Shown piece after piece: positions 11,214 through 23,003 of a stretch of DNA of 64,000 bases; positions within the stretch are counted from its first letter, which is position 1, and each line of letters begins with the position of its first letter. This DNA comes from Neoechinorhynchus agilis. Lineage: Eukaryota; Animalia; Acanthocephala. Below the pieces are notes generated by a model. It made no database searches. It saw only the letters and a list, made by a program, of their open reading frames with translations, and was not told where the DNA came from. The position numbers and the translations under genes were made by a program. The stretch covers positions 3,504,389-3,568,388 of the forward strand of contig CM121343.1 in NCBI GenBank assembly GCA_051530055.1. The letters run 5' to 3'.

Positions 11214-13936
11214 TACCCTTTCCGAAAGAGAATTACAGCAAACTTTTATTAACACTTTGTCAGCAATACAATAAAAGCATAAGCGTTCGAGTTTTTAATT
11301 CGCAGATTTACAATCGTTTTTAAACAGCTCACTTTCAATTGTTAAGCTTGAACCTTTTTCTTCTTAGCAGTTTTCGTTCAGTGTTTGTTCTTGGACTAAG
11401 TTTACGGATATGACACGAGAAGCCGTTGAAAAGTCCGGTTTTCCCTTCCGTCGTTTGGAAAGCCAAATTGCTTCTCGATGACTCGTATTCTTTGATCATA
11501 TCCACAAATTTAGGAGTTTCTTTGTTTGGATTTAACCTTGTTTCCCTGAATTTCTTGTCCATGTATTCCCCGAAGGATATTATCTCCTTTGGGTTTTTCA
11601 TCACATTTTCCGAAATATCTTCATCATTGTAAAATAAAGAATCTTTATCCGGGAGACTGAAGCGCACTGCTCGAATTTTTCTTTTTTCTTCGTTAGCTAT
11701 ATATCTTGAGAGTTGATTGTCGCCCCACCACGAGTTATCCATATTCCGATTTTCTCCATTGTATCTTTGATATCTTTTTAAGGTTTGTCGACATCCGTTA
11801 AACTTTCTAAGACTTCCGTTCACTCGCCCAAAGCAAGAACGACTTCTGTTGTCCATAAGTACACGATTAGTTGCAGTACGAAATTATTTATTGATCACAA
11901 GTGAAAGAACGATCGTAGTCTTTAATATACTCGATTTCGTATAAAAGAGAGCAGTGTAAGGTTCAATGAACTGGGATGCAGAATCGTTGAATGCGACCTT
12001 CCGTAGACTTGCAAACCAACATAACAGCAGGAAACTTTTGCAGCAATTCTATTGGCTGCACAAATTGCATTGCAGCGAAGCGTAATTTATTTGCTAGATG
12101 GTTTCTGCGCAGATTCCAAAAAAAATCAAAGCAACCGACATTGACCGCAAAGTGCGCCGTGGGAAATCCGCAATTTTAATTTTGTCGGATTCTTTATAGG
12201 ACGACTTTGCAGTCTCAGATACGAAGTACATTGAAGAATCAACATGAAATTTTTTTAATTGCTAACCTATAAATGAAAGTAATACAGAAATTATATATCA
12301 CTAATTTTATGATGAAATAAAAATACAACAAAGGTTAGCAAACGACCACCCAATGTTTTGAAGAAACCTGTATCTGCAATGGAAACACAAAAAATCAGAG
12401 GAAGACGATCGCAATACCGTCTTTTCCTATTTTGCCTTCGCCTTGATGACTGTGGACCTATTTCGTTTAAATAAGGAAGCGCAATGATGTACGCGGTAAT
12501 CTCATGAAGTTCGTTAAGTTGTTAAGCGAAAAAGTAGCCAGGAAATCTTAAATACTGAGAAAGGATAATTGTTTCGCAATAAATTAATTCCCAAAAGCAA
12601 TTAAAATATTCCTCTCCGCTTAAAGAAGTTACAAAAGGTTAACTAACGCGATACATGAGAAGTGCCGCTTAGATTTTAAAATCACAATTAGAGTTTGTGC
12701 GATTCCTTTTCGGCTGTATGACGGAAAGCGTTAATTATTTGCAGTGCTTTTGCTCGCCATTATTTAATGTGAAATGGAAAAGAGTTCATATTCTCTGTTG
12801 GATAATTCAATCCATCTTTTATATTCGTTTTCCAGTTCTAAATACTTAATCATTAATGAGATTAGATGGCGCTTCGTTATTCGACTTAAAAAATTATCGA
12901 ATTGATTGTCTTCAGGTCAATCCCGAATTCATGTTTGCATTTAAAATCAACAAGTTTAAATCGTCCTATAGTCAAGGTTCTGCAAGGAATCGACACCTTT
13001 TTTCCTCTTGAACAATATATTTAAAGTTGCTTTTGTTCACCATGTTTAATTTAACTAAGAAAAAAACGTTAACATCACGATTATCGTCAACATAAATGCT
13101 TCGTTGGTGGCAAAATAATGCAGTGTAGTTTTATAGATTGGTTAAAATTCTTATTTTTTACAGATCGATAAACATTAATTCGAAGAAAAATTGGAAAAGA
13201 TGCCGATTTCATCAATCTATGGATATATTTCATGAGTTCAGAATATTCACTCGATGTCACATAAGTCTCGTAGCGATGTGCTTTCCATATTCGTCATAAT
13301 TTTGATAAGAAATAATCGAAGGCATATTATTAATAACAATTTCTACATCAAACGACCACTTCAAATCCATTTCATATTTCATAGATCGTTTTTTTTGCAG
13401 TGCATTATAAAGAATTGACGAGTCGTTAGTAAAATGAATTATGGTCGCAATTGCAAAAAGTACAGTATACCGAGTACAGTATTCTTTTTATTTTCCGTCA
13501 TTAGACAACTAGAGTCTATCGGTAAATCATTTCGTTACTGCAATTATTACCTTTATATTGAATTTACTTTTAAAATTCAGCAAAGTGTAGTGAGATTTAC
13601 GGAGAAATGCCGTCGAAAGCTGATATGCACCATTTTTAATGAAGAAATCAGTAGTACGGACGACCCGTTGTATCCATGCGAATTTGACGGCAAAAACCAT
13701 TATTGCTTCATGAATTTAAGTCATACAAAATGCGGATATCAAATGGCGGTGTCCTAACTGTTAAATGTTTAAATTTCTGAGTCATTTTGTTGCGTCCATG
13801 AATAAATCCATTACTAGTAATGAAAGCAAATACACGAAACCACTTACTTCTTGGATCTCAAAGCTCATTATTTAAGTCTAAATCGGCTTCTCTTGAGTGG
13901 CACTGAAGAGAACACTAATTGGTTACTTTAACGGCA
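11214..13936. repeat. Left arm of a 2.7-kb inverted duplication
   Basis: Reverse complement of 26782-29504; only about 5 substitutions noticed. Confidence 0.97.
11335..11856 (-). CDS. Orphan 173-aa basic protein, copy 1
   Basis: Intact ATG-to-TGA ORF; protein identical to 28862-29383; basic C-terminus RRKRFK. Confidence 0.55.
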   Translation of the reverse strand: MDNRSRSCFGRVNGSLRKFNGCRQTLKRYQRYNGENRNMDNSWWGDNQLSRYIANEEKRKIRAVRFSLPDKDSLFYNDEDISENVMKNPKEIISFGEYMDKKFRETRLNPNKETPKFVDMIKEYESSRSNLAFQTTEGKTGLFNGFSCHIRKLSPRTNTERKLLRRKRFKLNN

Positions 13937-14052
13937 TATAGGGCAAATGAAAACCAGTGTACGTCATCGTCAACCGTAAAATCGGTATATCCATCGCGAC
14001 GTCATTGACTGAATAGTAATAAAGTATCGAACACGTGATGGGATATAGTTGA

Positions 14053-15086
14053 ATGCTTGCAAATCTAGGATTGCAAGTCGTATTTTTTTGGCTTGCTACT
14101 CTGAAATCAATCATTTGCGTCGAATCCTTAATGAACATTTTAAGTGGATCCACCGACATCAATCCAGGAACTTCTTTTGGCTCAAGTACAATGTATTTGA
14201 GACGCATTTATTCGTCGATCGATGATAAACGGAAACTTTACAGAGGAAAACTTATCTCTGCGTTCACTGTCAGTGCGCACAATCGAAACCGAGCTGCTGT
14301 TTGGGATAAGCGAAGTAGACGCGGAAAGGTAATACTTGAATATGATTTTGACTCTATAAAGAATTGGTTGTCGGCGAACTCCCAAACTCAAAATCGGCTG
14401 TATTTAAGAACTTATTTTGGTTTTAACCGAGGTGAAATAAAGTATGAAAATTGTTAAAGGTAGTAACAAACATTAGCGATTTTCATGACATGAGTGTTTA
14501 CGCTTTAATTAAACACAATGCCAGGAACTCGTATATGTTGCTTGATCATAAATTTGTGAAGCGTAAGTGGATGATGTTCAATGTAAGCAAATTGATAAAA
14601 TACCAAGATAAGATCGATACAAGATGCAAGATTATTTTTGCAGGCACCGCATCTTTTGCTTTAAGAAAAAACAAGAATATCCCTAGACATAAGAGTTTTA
14701 TAGTGGGTTTTGCCTCGTCGATGATCAAAAAAGTGCCAAGGAAAAGACGAAGCGACAAAACCGAACTGGGACGTAGCGCTTGCCGCGTTACCGATTTTAT
14801 TGTTGATCTACAGCAGATTGGATGGAGAAATGTGATTTTATTTCCAAAAACATTCAACGCTGGACGGTGCACTGGACCTTGTTCATTTCGAACAGCAAAT
14901 GTGTTCAAGAACAATTATGCACTAATGTGCCACATCCTTCGGCATGTCGAAAAGGGACTTATCAGGAGCCCGTATTGCGCTCCCTCGAATTTAGCTCCAC
15001 TAAAAATTATATATGCTATTTCAGAAAACATTCTTTCAATGACCTATTTAAATGATATGATTGTTGACTCTTGTGAATGTATATAA
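14053..15086 (+). CDS. TGF-beta superfamily ligand precursor (signal peptide, prodomain, RKRR site, cystine knot); needs a 32-nt intron (14432-14463) or a frameshift near 14450
   Basis: RKRR then C...IGW...PK.F...RC.GPC...C.PS.L.PL.I.Y...MIVDSCEC. Confidence 0.9.
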
Positions 15087-16783
15087 AACAAACAATTTCG
15101 TGTGTCTTGTTCAATAAATGTTTTCGTTTGCTTAGAGTAAATTCTACAAGGGAATTATGGTGTTTTGTTTCTAATAAAGCCATCACCAAAACGTTCAAGG
15201 CTTAAAGATTACCAAATAAAATACTTTAAAGCCGGAAATATTATCGAGCAATTCTTAGTCGTATTCAGTTTGAAACAAAGAACGATCTGTAACAAGTTGC
15301 GAATCGGACAATGCCCTCATTTATTGTTATAATCATCATCTACGGACTCTATTGTGATTGCTTCATTTCGCCACGGTATCTAATCGTCAAGCGATTTTCT
15401 GTGCGAACGATTAAATAATATTTTATGCACATTTTTAAAAGACCAATTAAAAAATTATTTGTAATAAAATGAACGCTAAACATTCTCTGTTCCGTGGATG
15501 CTGAGCTAATAATTCAAACATTTCTGGATTGCTACTGAACTACAGAACACTCAGAGTTCATTTTGTGACATCGTAAAAGTTATACTGGGAAGTTTGATGA
15601 TTGATCCGTGGCGTCATTCTGGAACTTTGAAAAACGAGATGCTACCGATCCCACACCACAAGAAACATCAAAGCATTTATTGTCTTTTAGGAGTAGTGCT
15701 TTATTTGCAGCATAAATCACGACCCACCTCGCCCCGATTTCCCTCGCTGGACAGTCATCCTGCGATCTCCGCTATTCCAATTTAAATATTATACTCGTAG
15801 CGTCAATGACGACCCACCTCCGCCGGTTCCCTCGCTGGGCAGCCATGTTTATCCCCTGAGGAATGTCTTACTCCTTCAGTTGCTTAGTTCATTCTACGCC
15901 CCCATTCGTCGCCTAGTTTAAAGGCCGACGGCACACGATGTTTAGCGAATGCGTAGACAGTTATGTCTTCGAAGAATTTCCACTTCATCGATTCTGCAAC
16001 ATGTTAAGGGTTTGAGCGGACATTAACTCCCTGGACCACGGATACGGCGGACCCGCGATCCTGAGCCTAAGGTAACCGGTTTATACCAATATTGAAGATG
16101 TCTGAAGAGGTGGATTTTGTTCACGAAATATTAAGTAATAAGAATATTTCTCGGGGTTTGATCAGCACAACAAGAATATCTTTCCATCCGAATGATACCC
16201 CGCAAGAAATATATTCTTTTTGTAATCCTTGATGATTAATTCATCTACACGAATGCGTGACTAGTTTTATCGATAAGTTCAACATTAATTGTTGAAGTAA
16301 TGGTACGCTTCCAGAAAAATATATTTACCCAACTACTTTCCGTCCATTACTCTCTCATCAGCCATCAAACTTCATCCGAGTCGAGGATAGATCCATTTTT
16401 TGAATTGTCGTTACTCTAACAATTTCAGTGGTCGAAAACATATTTATTTTGGACAAATATTTCGGAGTATTACTCCTTATTCTTCCCTTGTTTTCGTTTA
16501 CTCTTAAGAAATTGCTAATCCGCTGGCACAAAGGCGTCCGTAGACAGCGATGTGGGTGAGATGAGTGCTTTATCTTTGAACAATGAATTAAAGGATGAAC
16601 TTTAAATTACGTTGCTAGATTTATTCCTTCAAGTGAGTGCATTTAAAGTGATTTGAACGTTTTTGAACGTACTCAGTTAAAAATGCGAATTGACGTACTC
16701 AGTTAAAAATGTAACTTGAACGAACCTTGGGCGATTCTAATCAACATTCTCAATCCAAATTTGCTGGGTTCCAGAAAAATCAT

Positions 16784-18592
16784 TTATTTAAAACACCACC
16801 CTCGTGGTAATTTCTGACCCTTTTTTGTTAGTCCTTCGAGTTTAGTCAGGTTGGCCATCAGATTATGTCTAAATTCAATTTCTTTTCTTTTCCAGTCTTT
16901 TATGGCATCCTTTTCAAATGAAACGGGTCGCAGAGCTCGAGCGTCGGTAAGAATTTCCAAGATTGGTAAAGTTGAAAACTTGATAAACTTTATTTGAACT
17001 TCCAATTCCTTCACTCTCCCTCTATCGCAATTCGGTGTGACATCAATACCTAATTTTTTTTCTTCATCGCCCTGTAAAGTGTTAAAACATTGTGAGGTTT
17101 TCCTAATGTTAAAATCAGTGAGAAATTAACAATACCTGGAGATAAAATTCTTCTTGTACGGCCTTTGCCCATCTTTGATAAATGTTCCATGGTTTGCATG
17201 GCGTCCCTCCATCCGCCATCCTTATTGTCATTTTTAGCATATCAAGTCGATTTTGTTTCGATTTCCAATCGAAATTATTTTTGAACATCCCATCTTTATA
17301 ATGCTAAAAAAGCAATATTTTCTCGTTAAAAAATAGTTCCAAAATTTACCTTTGCCTTGAAATCTTCTACAGCTGCCTTATGGCCGCTAACATCAGTGGC
17401 TAAAATAATTTCGATGGTATTCTTCTTAAACTCATTAAATTCCTTTTCGCTTGATCTATGAAGAAAATTGTTTCCTGGACGTTGTAGAACCTCCCATCCG
17501 AGGGCGATATGGTAATTTTCAAGGATTGAAGAATCGTTATTTGAGCCGTCAATCCTTGGACAGTACTTAGAGGAGAAAACCGCCATGACCAAGGACTGCG
17601 GATCTTACTTAATTGCCTAAATTAAAGCGATCTTTTAGTCGAAGGTTAAGTGTATAATCTCTCAAATTACAAAGAAAAATAGATAATTAATATAGTGGCC
17701 AGATTTAAAAGTTTTCAGGTTATTGAGTCACTTTTTTATTTGGCTAAAAGATTGTGAAACAAGAATTTTGCAACGCAATCGTGATTTCATTTAAATTAAA
17801 ATTTTAACGATTATTTACCAATGGATCGCGCTTCTTAATAAGAAAATTGTTCATGCATCCAGGATGGCCGGCATCATGCATCAACGCTGAGATGAACAGA
17901 GATAAAAGTTCTAGATTTGTGAACCTGGACTTCACGCTTTGTTCCTCATCGGTTGATTCATCGTCCAGTTGTTCAGAGGAATCTTCTTCAGGTCTCGTTG
18001 ACAATGAATTCAATCAGATAATTTTTTTTACTTACCGGACAAATGAACCGTTAAAAGATAGCACTGATGCAAAACATCCGCTCCATGAAGAAAAGAATGA
18101 TAATTATTGTTCTTGTAGGTTGCTTGCAGTTCCTTAAGACAAGAATATAACTTGTTTTCGTCTATTTCGAAATCGTCAATTAGATTGGTTGCCTCAAATA
18201 TCTTAAACGCCAACTGTTAAGGTGAGAGATCGTAGATTTTGTTTAAAAGAAATGTTTCTTTACCATTGGAAAAGTTTCATTTCCCCCGTGTTTTGCCAAT
18301 TTTTTTACGTCAAAAGCGATTTGATTTATGTCATTCTTTTTGAAGAATTTTTCTGCTTGTTGTATACATTCAGCGGTGTCCTTCTCCAAAAAGTAACTGC
18401 TATCGCTGTCAGAGCTGCTTTCGCTTTGACTCTAAAATCGATTATTTGGTGCGTCGAGAATTAAAGTTAAAATGCTATTACATCACCGGTAAAAATATTC
18501 CAAGCTTTTAAATTGGTGAATCTACGGAAATTATTAACCATCTTTACTGCTTTTTTAGGTGTTCGCTCTTCTCTAAGTAGTCCGGTTACCAT
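16784..18592 (-). CDS. Class I 3',5'-cyclic nucleotide phosphodiesterase, multi-exon; start uncertain
   Basis: YHSFLHGADV, ALMHDAGHPG.MN.FL, ILENYH, ILATD, MAD..TPCKPW, EEFYLQGD.EK.LG, VQIKFI; GT-AG introns traced. Confidence 0.92.
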
Positions 18593-19039
18593 AGTGATTT
18601 GTGCAATTAATTTTTTTCAATTAAAATCTGATTTGCAGATAAATGTACAACGAATCATTTAGTTCATCATAATTCTTCACACGTTTTATTAATGTCATTT
18701 TCCATATAAAATTGGCCAATGTCGTTTCAAAGATTGATCATTTGTTCGTTAGGAAGATGATAATCAACAATATCATCAATTCAACATACAAAGCTCAAGT
18801 TCGTCTCAGAACTTTACGACGCACGGGAAAACGCTTAATCGATGAAGTCTATGGACCGTCTTAACCACGACTTTCGATATGCAAACTTATTGTTCAATTA
18901 TTTAAACATGGGGAATGGATTAAATTATGTTCTCTGAGAATTTCTTGCATATAAATAAATTTGATAATTTGCTTTAAACTTATTTTTATTCTTTGACAAA
19001 AAAATATTTACAAACATTCACACCACCGCTCTGTATCAC

Positions 19040-19232
19040 TTGGCTGCCGTCCTGGTGTAATGGCGGAATGAACAGGGGCAGCGTTCCCCGTGATGCAGAA
19101 TCAGACTTATGTTTTGTAGGAGGAATGCTCCTGATCTCGGATCGCCCGTGATTCGTCTCAATCTCTTTTAGACAATTGATTGACCAGTTCCTGCGCCGCG
19201 GTAACAAACGAACCGAGTGTCTCGACGCAAGC
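19040..19232 (-). mobile_element. CRE-like element 3' fragment (end of the REL endonuclease)
   Basis: Translates VETLG...ELVNQLSKRLRRITGDPRSGAFLLQNISL; matches 32200-32330. Confidence 0.7.
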
Positions 19233-19891
19233 AATTCAACTCATTTCCAATTTTTTAATCAATCCAACCTTAAATTTCATGCAAAAAGAAGAAATATGTG
19301 GGTTTACATAATCTGAGCAAATAGAAGAATTCTGTCATTATTTTTATTGACAACAATAATACGAGGCTTTATGCTCAAATATCTCAAGCGTTCGGCTAAA
19401 ATATACGTCTGAACAATGTTCTACGATGGCTTAGATTTTTTGAGCTTCGTTGCTTCCGACACTTCAATAATTTACGATATTATCTTATTCGGAAAGAAGA
19501 AATGTTTTGAGTTCAAAAAATTAATGATCATCCCTTATAAAAATTTCTTCACAGACGCCATTGGCTGTCATAATTAGGTAACAGCCAACCACATTAAAAT
19601 CACCCATCATCAAATTTCGGTTTAGTAGAAATGAAGTAATGCAACTGACGAGGAAGTCCGAAAAACACTAGACAAAATAGCAAGGATAATTTCCTAAAAA
19701 CGTTTCAGCATTGGTGAAAAAACTGACGTTGCAAATGTCAATTTCGGCAACTATTAAATAAAGCGAACTAATGCCGTAGAAAGTTGCGAGTAATGCAGAT
19801 CCTAAAGGTTTCGTGCTTCACGCTTTCCTTAAAATGAAATATATGACGAAAATTCCAAAAAGGTTACCAAAAGCTTATATTTCGAAATTTC

Positions 19892-20545
19892 TCATTTTCG
19901 TTTACACATCGATCTCGTTCTCGCCGAAATGGAATCAGTTTTCGGAACGGTGCTACTTGTACGCCCCGAATCCTTACTCTTTTTGCGTTTTTTCATACAT
20001 TTCGACTCAGTTGAGCGGATGTTTAATTTGGAGTTGATTTGTGACAATAATGCAGAGTATTCGTTTCGTGAATCAACTTTTGGGGCATATACTTGGTCGA
20101 ACTTATTTGTTTCCTTCATCGATGAATGAACTAGACAGTCGTCGCAATGTTCAACAGGTTTTTTTAGAAGTTTGGCATTATGCAGTAGTGCTTCTTGGAC
20201 TTTGGTTCTTGACTCGTCCCCTAAATAAGTATCTATTTGCTCATTTAAATCTTTCAGTTTGAATTGCCTGTTGCACAAAACATGATGCTTCTTTTTATCT
20301 TTAATATGCGATGAGATTTGCTTAGGGATTATAACTCCAAGCTTGTCAATTTCGTACTTAATTGTACGTCGAGATGTTGCCGTTAAATCTCCATCGATAA
20401 ACGAATCGGCCATATTTTTCATAACGGGAATAGGAATGCATTTTCCCGTAAATTCCGTGATGGTTCGTTGAATAAGAACGTTACAAATCGGTCTACGGGC
20501 AGTCACTGGAGCGTATTCGATAAACGATGCTAAAAGACTATCCAC
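19892..20545 (-). CDS. Hypothetical basic protein of about 220 aa; first exon probably at 20585-20612
   Basis: Open frame of 217 codons with a Lys/Arg-rich C-terminus; no family recognised. Confidence 0.55.
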   Translation of the reverse strand: MDSLLASFIEYAPVTARRPICNVLIQRTITEFTGKCIPIPVMKNMADSFIDGDLTATSRRTIKYEIDKLGVIIPKQISSHIKDKKKHHVLCNRQFKLKDLNEQIDTYLGDESRTKVQEALLHNAKLLKKPVEHCDDCLVHSSMKETNKFDQVYAPKVDSRNEYSALLSQINSKLNIRSTESKCMKKRKKSKDSGRTSSTVPKTDSISARTRSMCKRK

Positions 20546-20999
20546 GTAAGGTTTAATCTAAAGATCCAAAAGATTAGCAATGTAACTCTTCTGGATCAAT
20601 AGTTTGGGCCATTTATTTTGTCGCTCGTTCATCCAAAATGTGTGGTAGCTATAAATCTATAATACCAATACGATGCAAAGTTCTAAAAATTGAAATATGA
20701 TTCCGATGAGATCAATACAAGTCATTTTTAAGAGAGCGAATCAAGCGAAAGTCATCAAGAATGAGATTCCTTTGTTGAATTTTTGGGATACCGTAAAAAG
20801 AGAGAGCAATCTTTGTAGAACAGTTTGTAAAAGCATTTAAAGACGAGCATTTTACTTCTATCTGAAAAAACTTGGAAACAAGCTTTAGTGCTGATCATCT
20901 TTAAGAAACCGTAAAGCCCATATTTTCAACATCAGTACTACGGAAAGGTCATTTAAAAGCTCGCGAATGAGAATTTCTGGTCGGATATGTCCGTTCAAT

Positions 21000-22660
21000 T
21001 GAGAATTTCCGACCCGCGATTCCCGTTCGAGTGAGAATTTCCGGTCGGAAATGTTCGTTCTTGTGGGAAATAGTGGATATTGTTTGCAGGAGCGCTTGTA
21101 AGGTTGGTCTTTCCTCAGGTTCGTTTCAAGTAATGACATCCGAGAAGAATGTCCAGAGTGGAAAAAGGAGCGTAGGTATAGGAGGATGAAACGAATTAGG
21201 ATTACGAGTGTTGTGTTCGTGTGAAAAAGAGGCGATATGTGGTAGAAATTGTGGGGGCAGGGTTGAGAGGCGTTTACTTTGTTTTATGAAAATAGTATCA
21301 AGGCATTCGGTGAGAGGGGGAGTGTCAGTTGTACAAAGTTTAGATGCTCTTTTATGAAGAATTTCAGGACGACGGATTTGAGATTTGGATTGGTTGCAAA
21401 AGACGGGAAAACTGTAGGGGAGGGAGGGTAAAATAAAGCTGAAGTAAAATTTGTAGAGGTCGGGTGAAGGGATTCCTAAATGTCGGAGGCGTATAGGGAG
21501 ATAAATTTTAAAGGTGCTGAGCTTAAGGGGGAGAGTGATCCGCAAGTCCCATTTAAAATTTGATTGAAATCGGAGACCAATAATTCTTAGGAAGGTGACT
21601 CGTAGGATGTAATTTAGAAGCTCGAGGGATGTCGAGTCGCGGGATAATAAAGTGATCATTTCGAAACATTTAGAGAAATTAAGATTGTGTTTGTGATTGG
21701 TGCAGAAATCTTTTGTGTGTGTGATTTAGTTAGAGGCTTAGAAGAGGGAGAGTTGGGGTGGTGAATGGATGATGAGGGTGAGATCGTCGGCGTATAAGGA
21801 AAGTTTAGAGTGAGAGGAAAGAGATTTGAGGTAGTTTAGGAAAATATTAAAGAGAAATGGTGACAGCACAGCACTTGAGGTACGCCTTTGGTGAGGGATA
21901 GGCTGATAGAAGAGGTAGAACGGCAGTGAACATATTGTTTGCGATTGTGAAGATAAGATTCAAGCCAGCGGATCTGCCAAAAGTTGTGAAACAAAGATCG
22001 AAGTTGACCCGGAGAAGAAGTGAATGGTCGAATGCTTTCGACAAATTGCTTTGAATGAGACGGGGTGACGTGGGAGGGATTATTGTCGAGGTTTCGTAGG
22101 AGAGCGTCATAAATGCAGAGTAGGGCATCGGTTGCAGAAAATTGTGGCCGGAAGCCGAATTGTAAGGGCCATAACTTGTCGTTGAGAAGTGAAAGAAGGC
22201 GAGATTTAAAACATTTTTCGATGATTTTTGAAAGAGTAGGTGGAATGGATATTGGACGGAATGATCCGACGTTAATAGGATGTCCTTCTTTTGGAAGAAG
22301 GATAGATTTATCAGTTTGCCATATAAAAAGTTGTGGTTTATAATGTGGCTAAAAGGGTTCATGAGTTCGGGAATGATGTAGCGAATAGCCCAGTTTGGGA
22401 TTCCGGATTGAGAGGACGAATTTCGAGGTAATTTCGTGAGATGTTGTAGTACTTCGTATGACGAAACTAAAGGGAGTATTGGCGAGTTGACAAAATTTTC
22501 AGATGTGGGCGTGAAGGATTGTGTGGTGTCTGATGTGAAGCAGAGATTGCAATTTGAGTCAGGGCAGAGGTTCTGATTGATTGAGTCAAAAACCTGCTTT
22601 AATTCAGAAAAGGTCAAATTAGGGAAGGGATCAAGGTTGCGTAGACCAAGAGTCCTCTAT
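21000..22660 (-). mobile_element. Decayed L2/CR1-like LINE, RT domain and 3' end
   Basis: SKAFD and LYADDL (about 21790) RT motifs, HNTRN C-terminal motif, frameshifts; 3' tail shared with 42775-42915 and 58230-58770. Confidence 0.85.
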
Positions 22661-23003
22661 CCTTGGTGTATAGCGATGATTAGACAGGAGGCCAAATGAG
22701 CTTAGGCGACGCTTTAAGCAATACGCACGTCGCATATTGCCCATAAACCAACTAAACAGCCGGTTTCGAACTAACGGTCCCCGGAAGGAATATGTCAATT
22801 ATTTGGAAACAAATACTAAAAGGGATTACTTTTCTATTAGATATCTGTCATAATTTAAAGATTAATTATCACATTCTGCACTCGGATATGCGGAAAAATC
22901 GATAATAATGGGTTTATTGTGGAAACCTATACAACCAAAAATTGCCTCAATTGCATGCTAGAGCATTATTTATAAATAAAAACCATTGAATCGCAGATTT
23001 CAT

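Noticed and set aside
13434-13757. 107-aa ORF and other short ORFs in the duplicated arms
   Set aside because: Their identity in both arms only reflects recent duplication; no motifs, and the 62-aa ORF differs by three non-synonymous changes
16335-16375. CTGATGAG...GGAAA words on the minus strand (also 26675-26705 and 43665-43700 plus)
   Set aside because: No stem II in the first two and no GAAA after the stem in the third
16665-16711. 19-bp direct repeat ACGTACTCAGTTAAAAATG
   Set aside because: Simple local duplication with no associated structure
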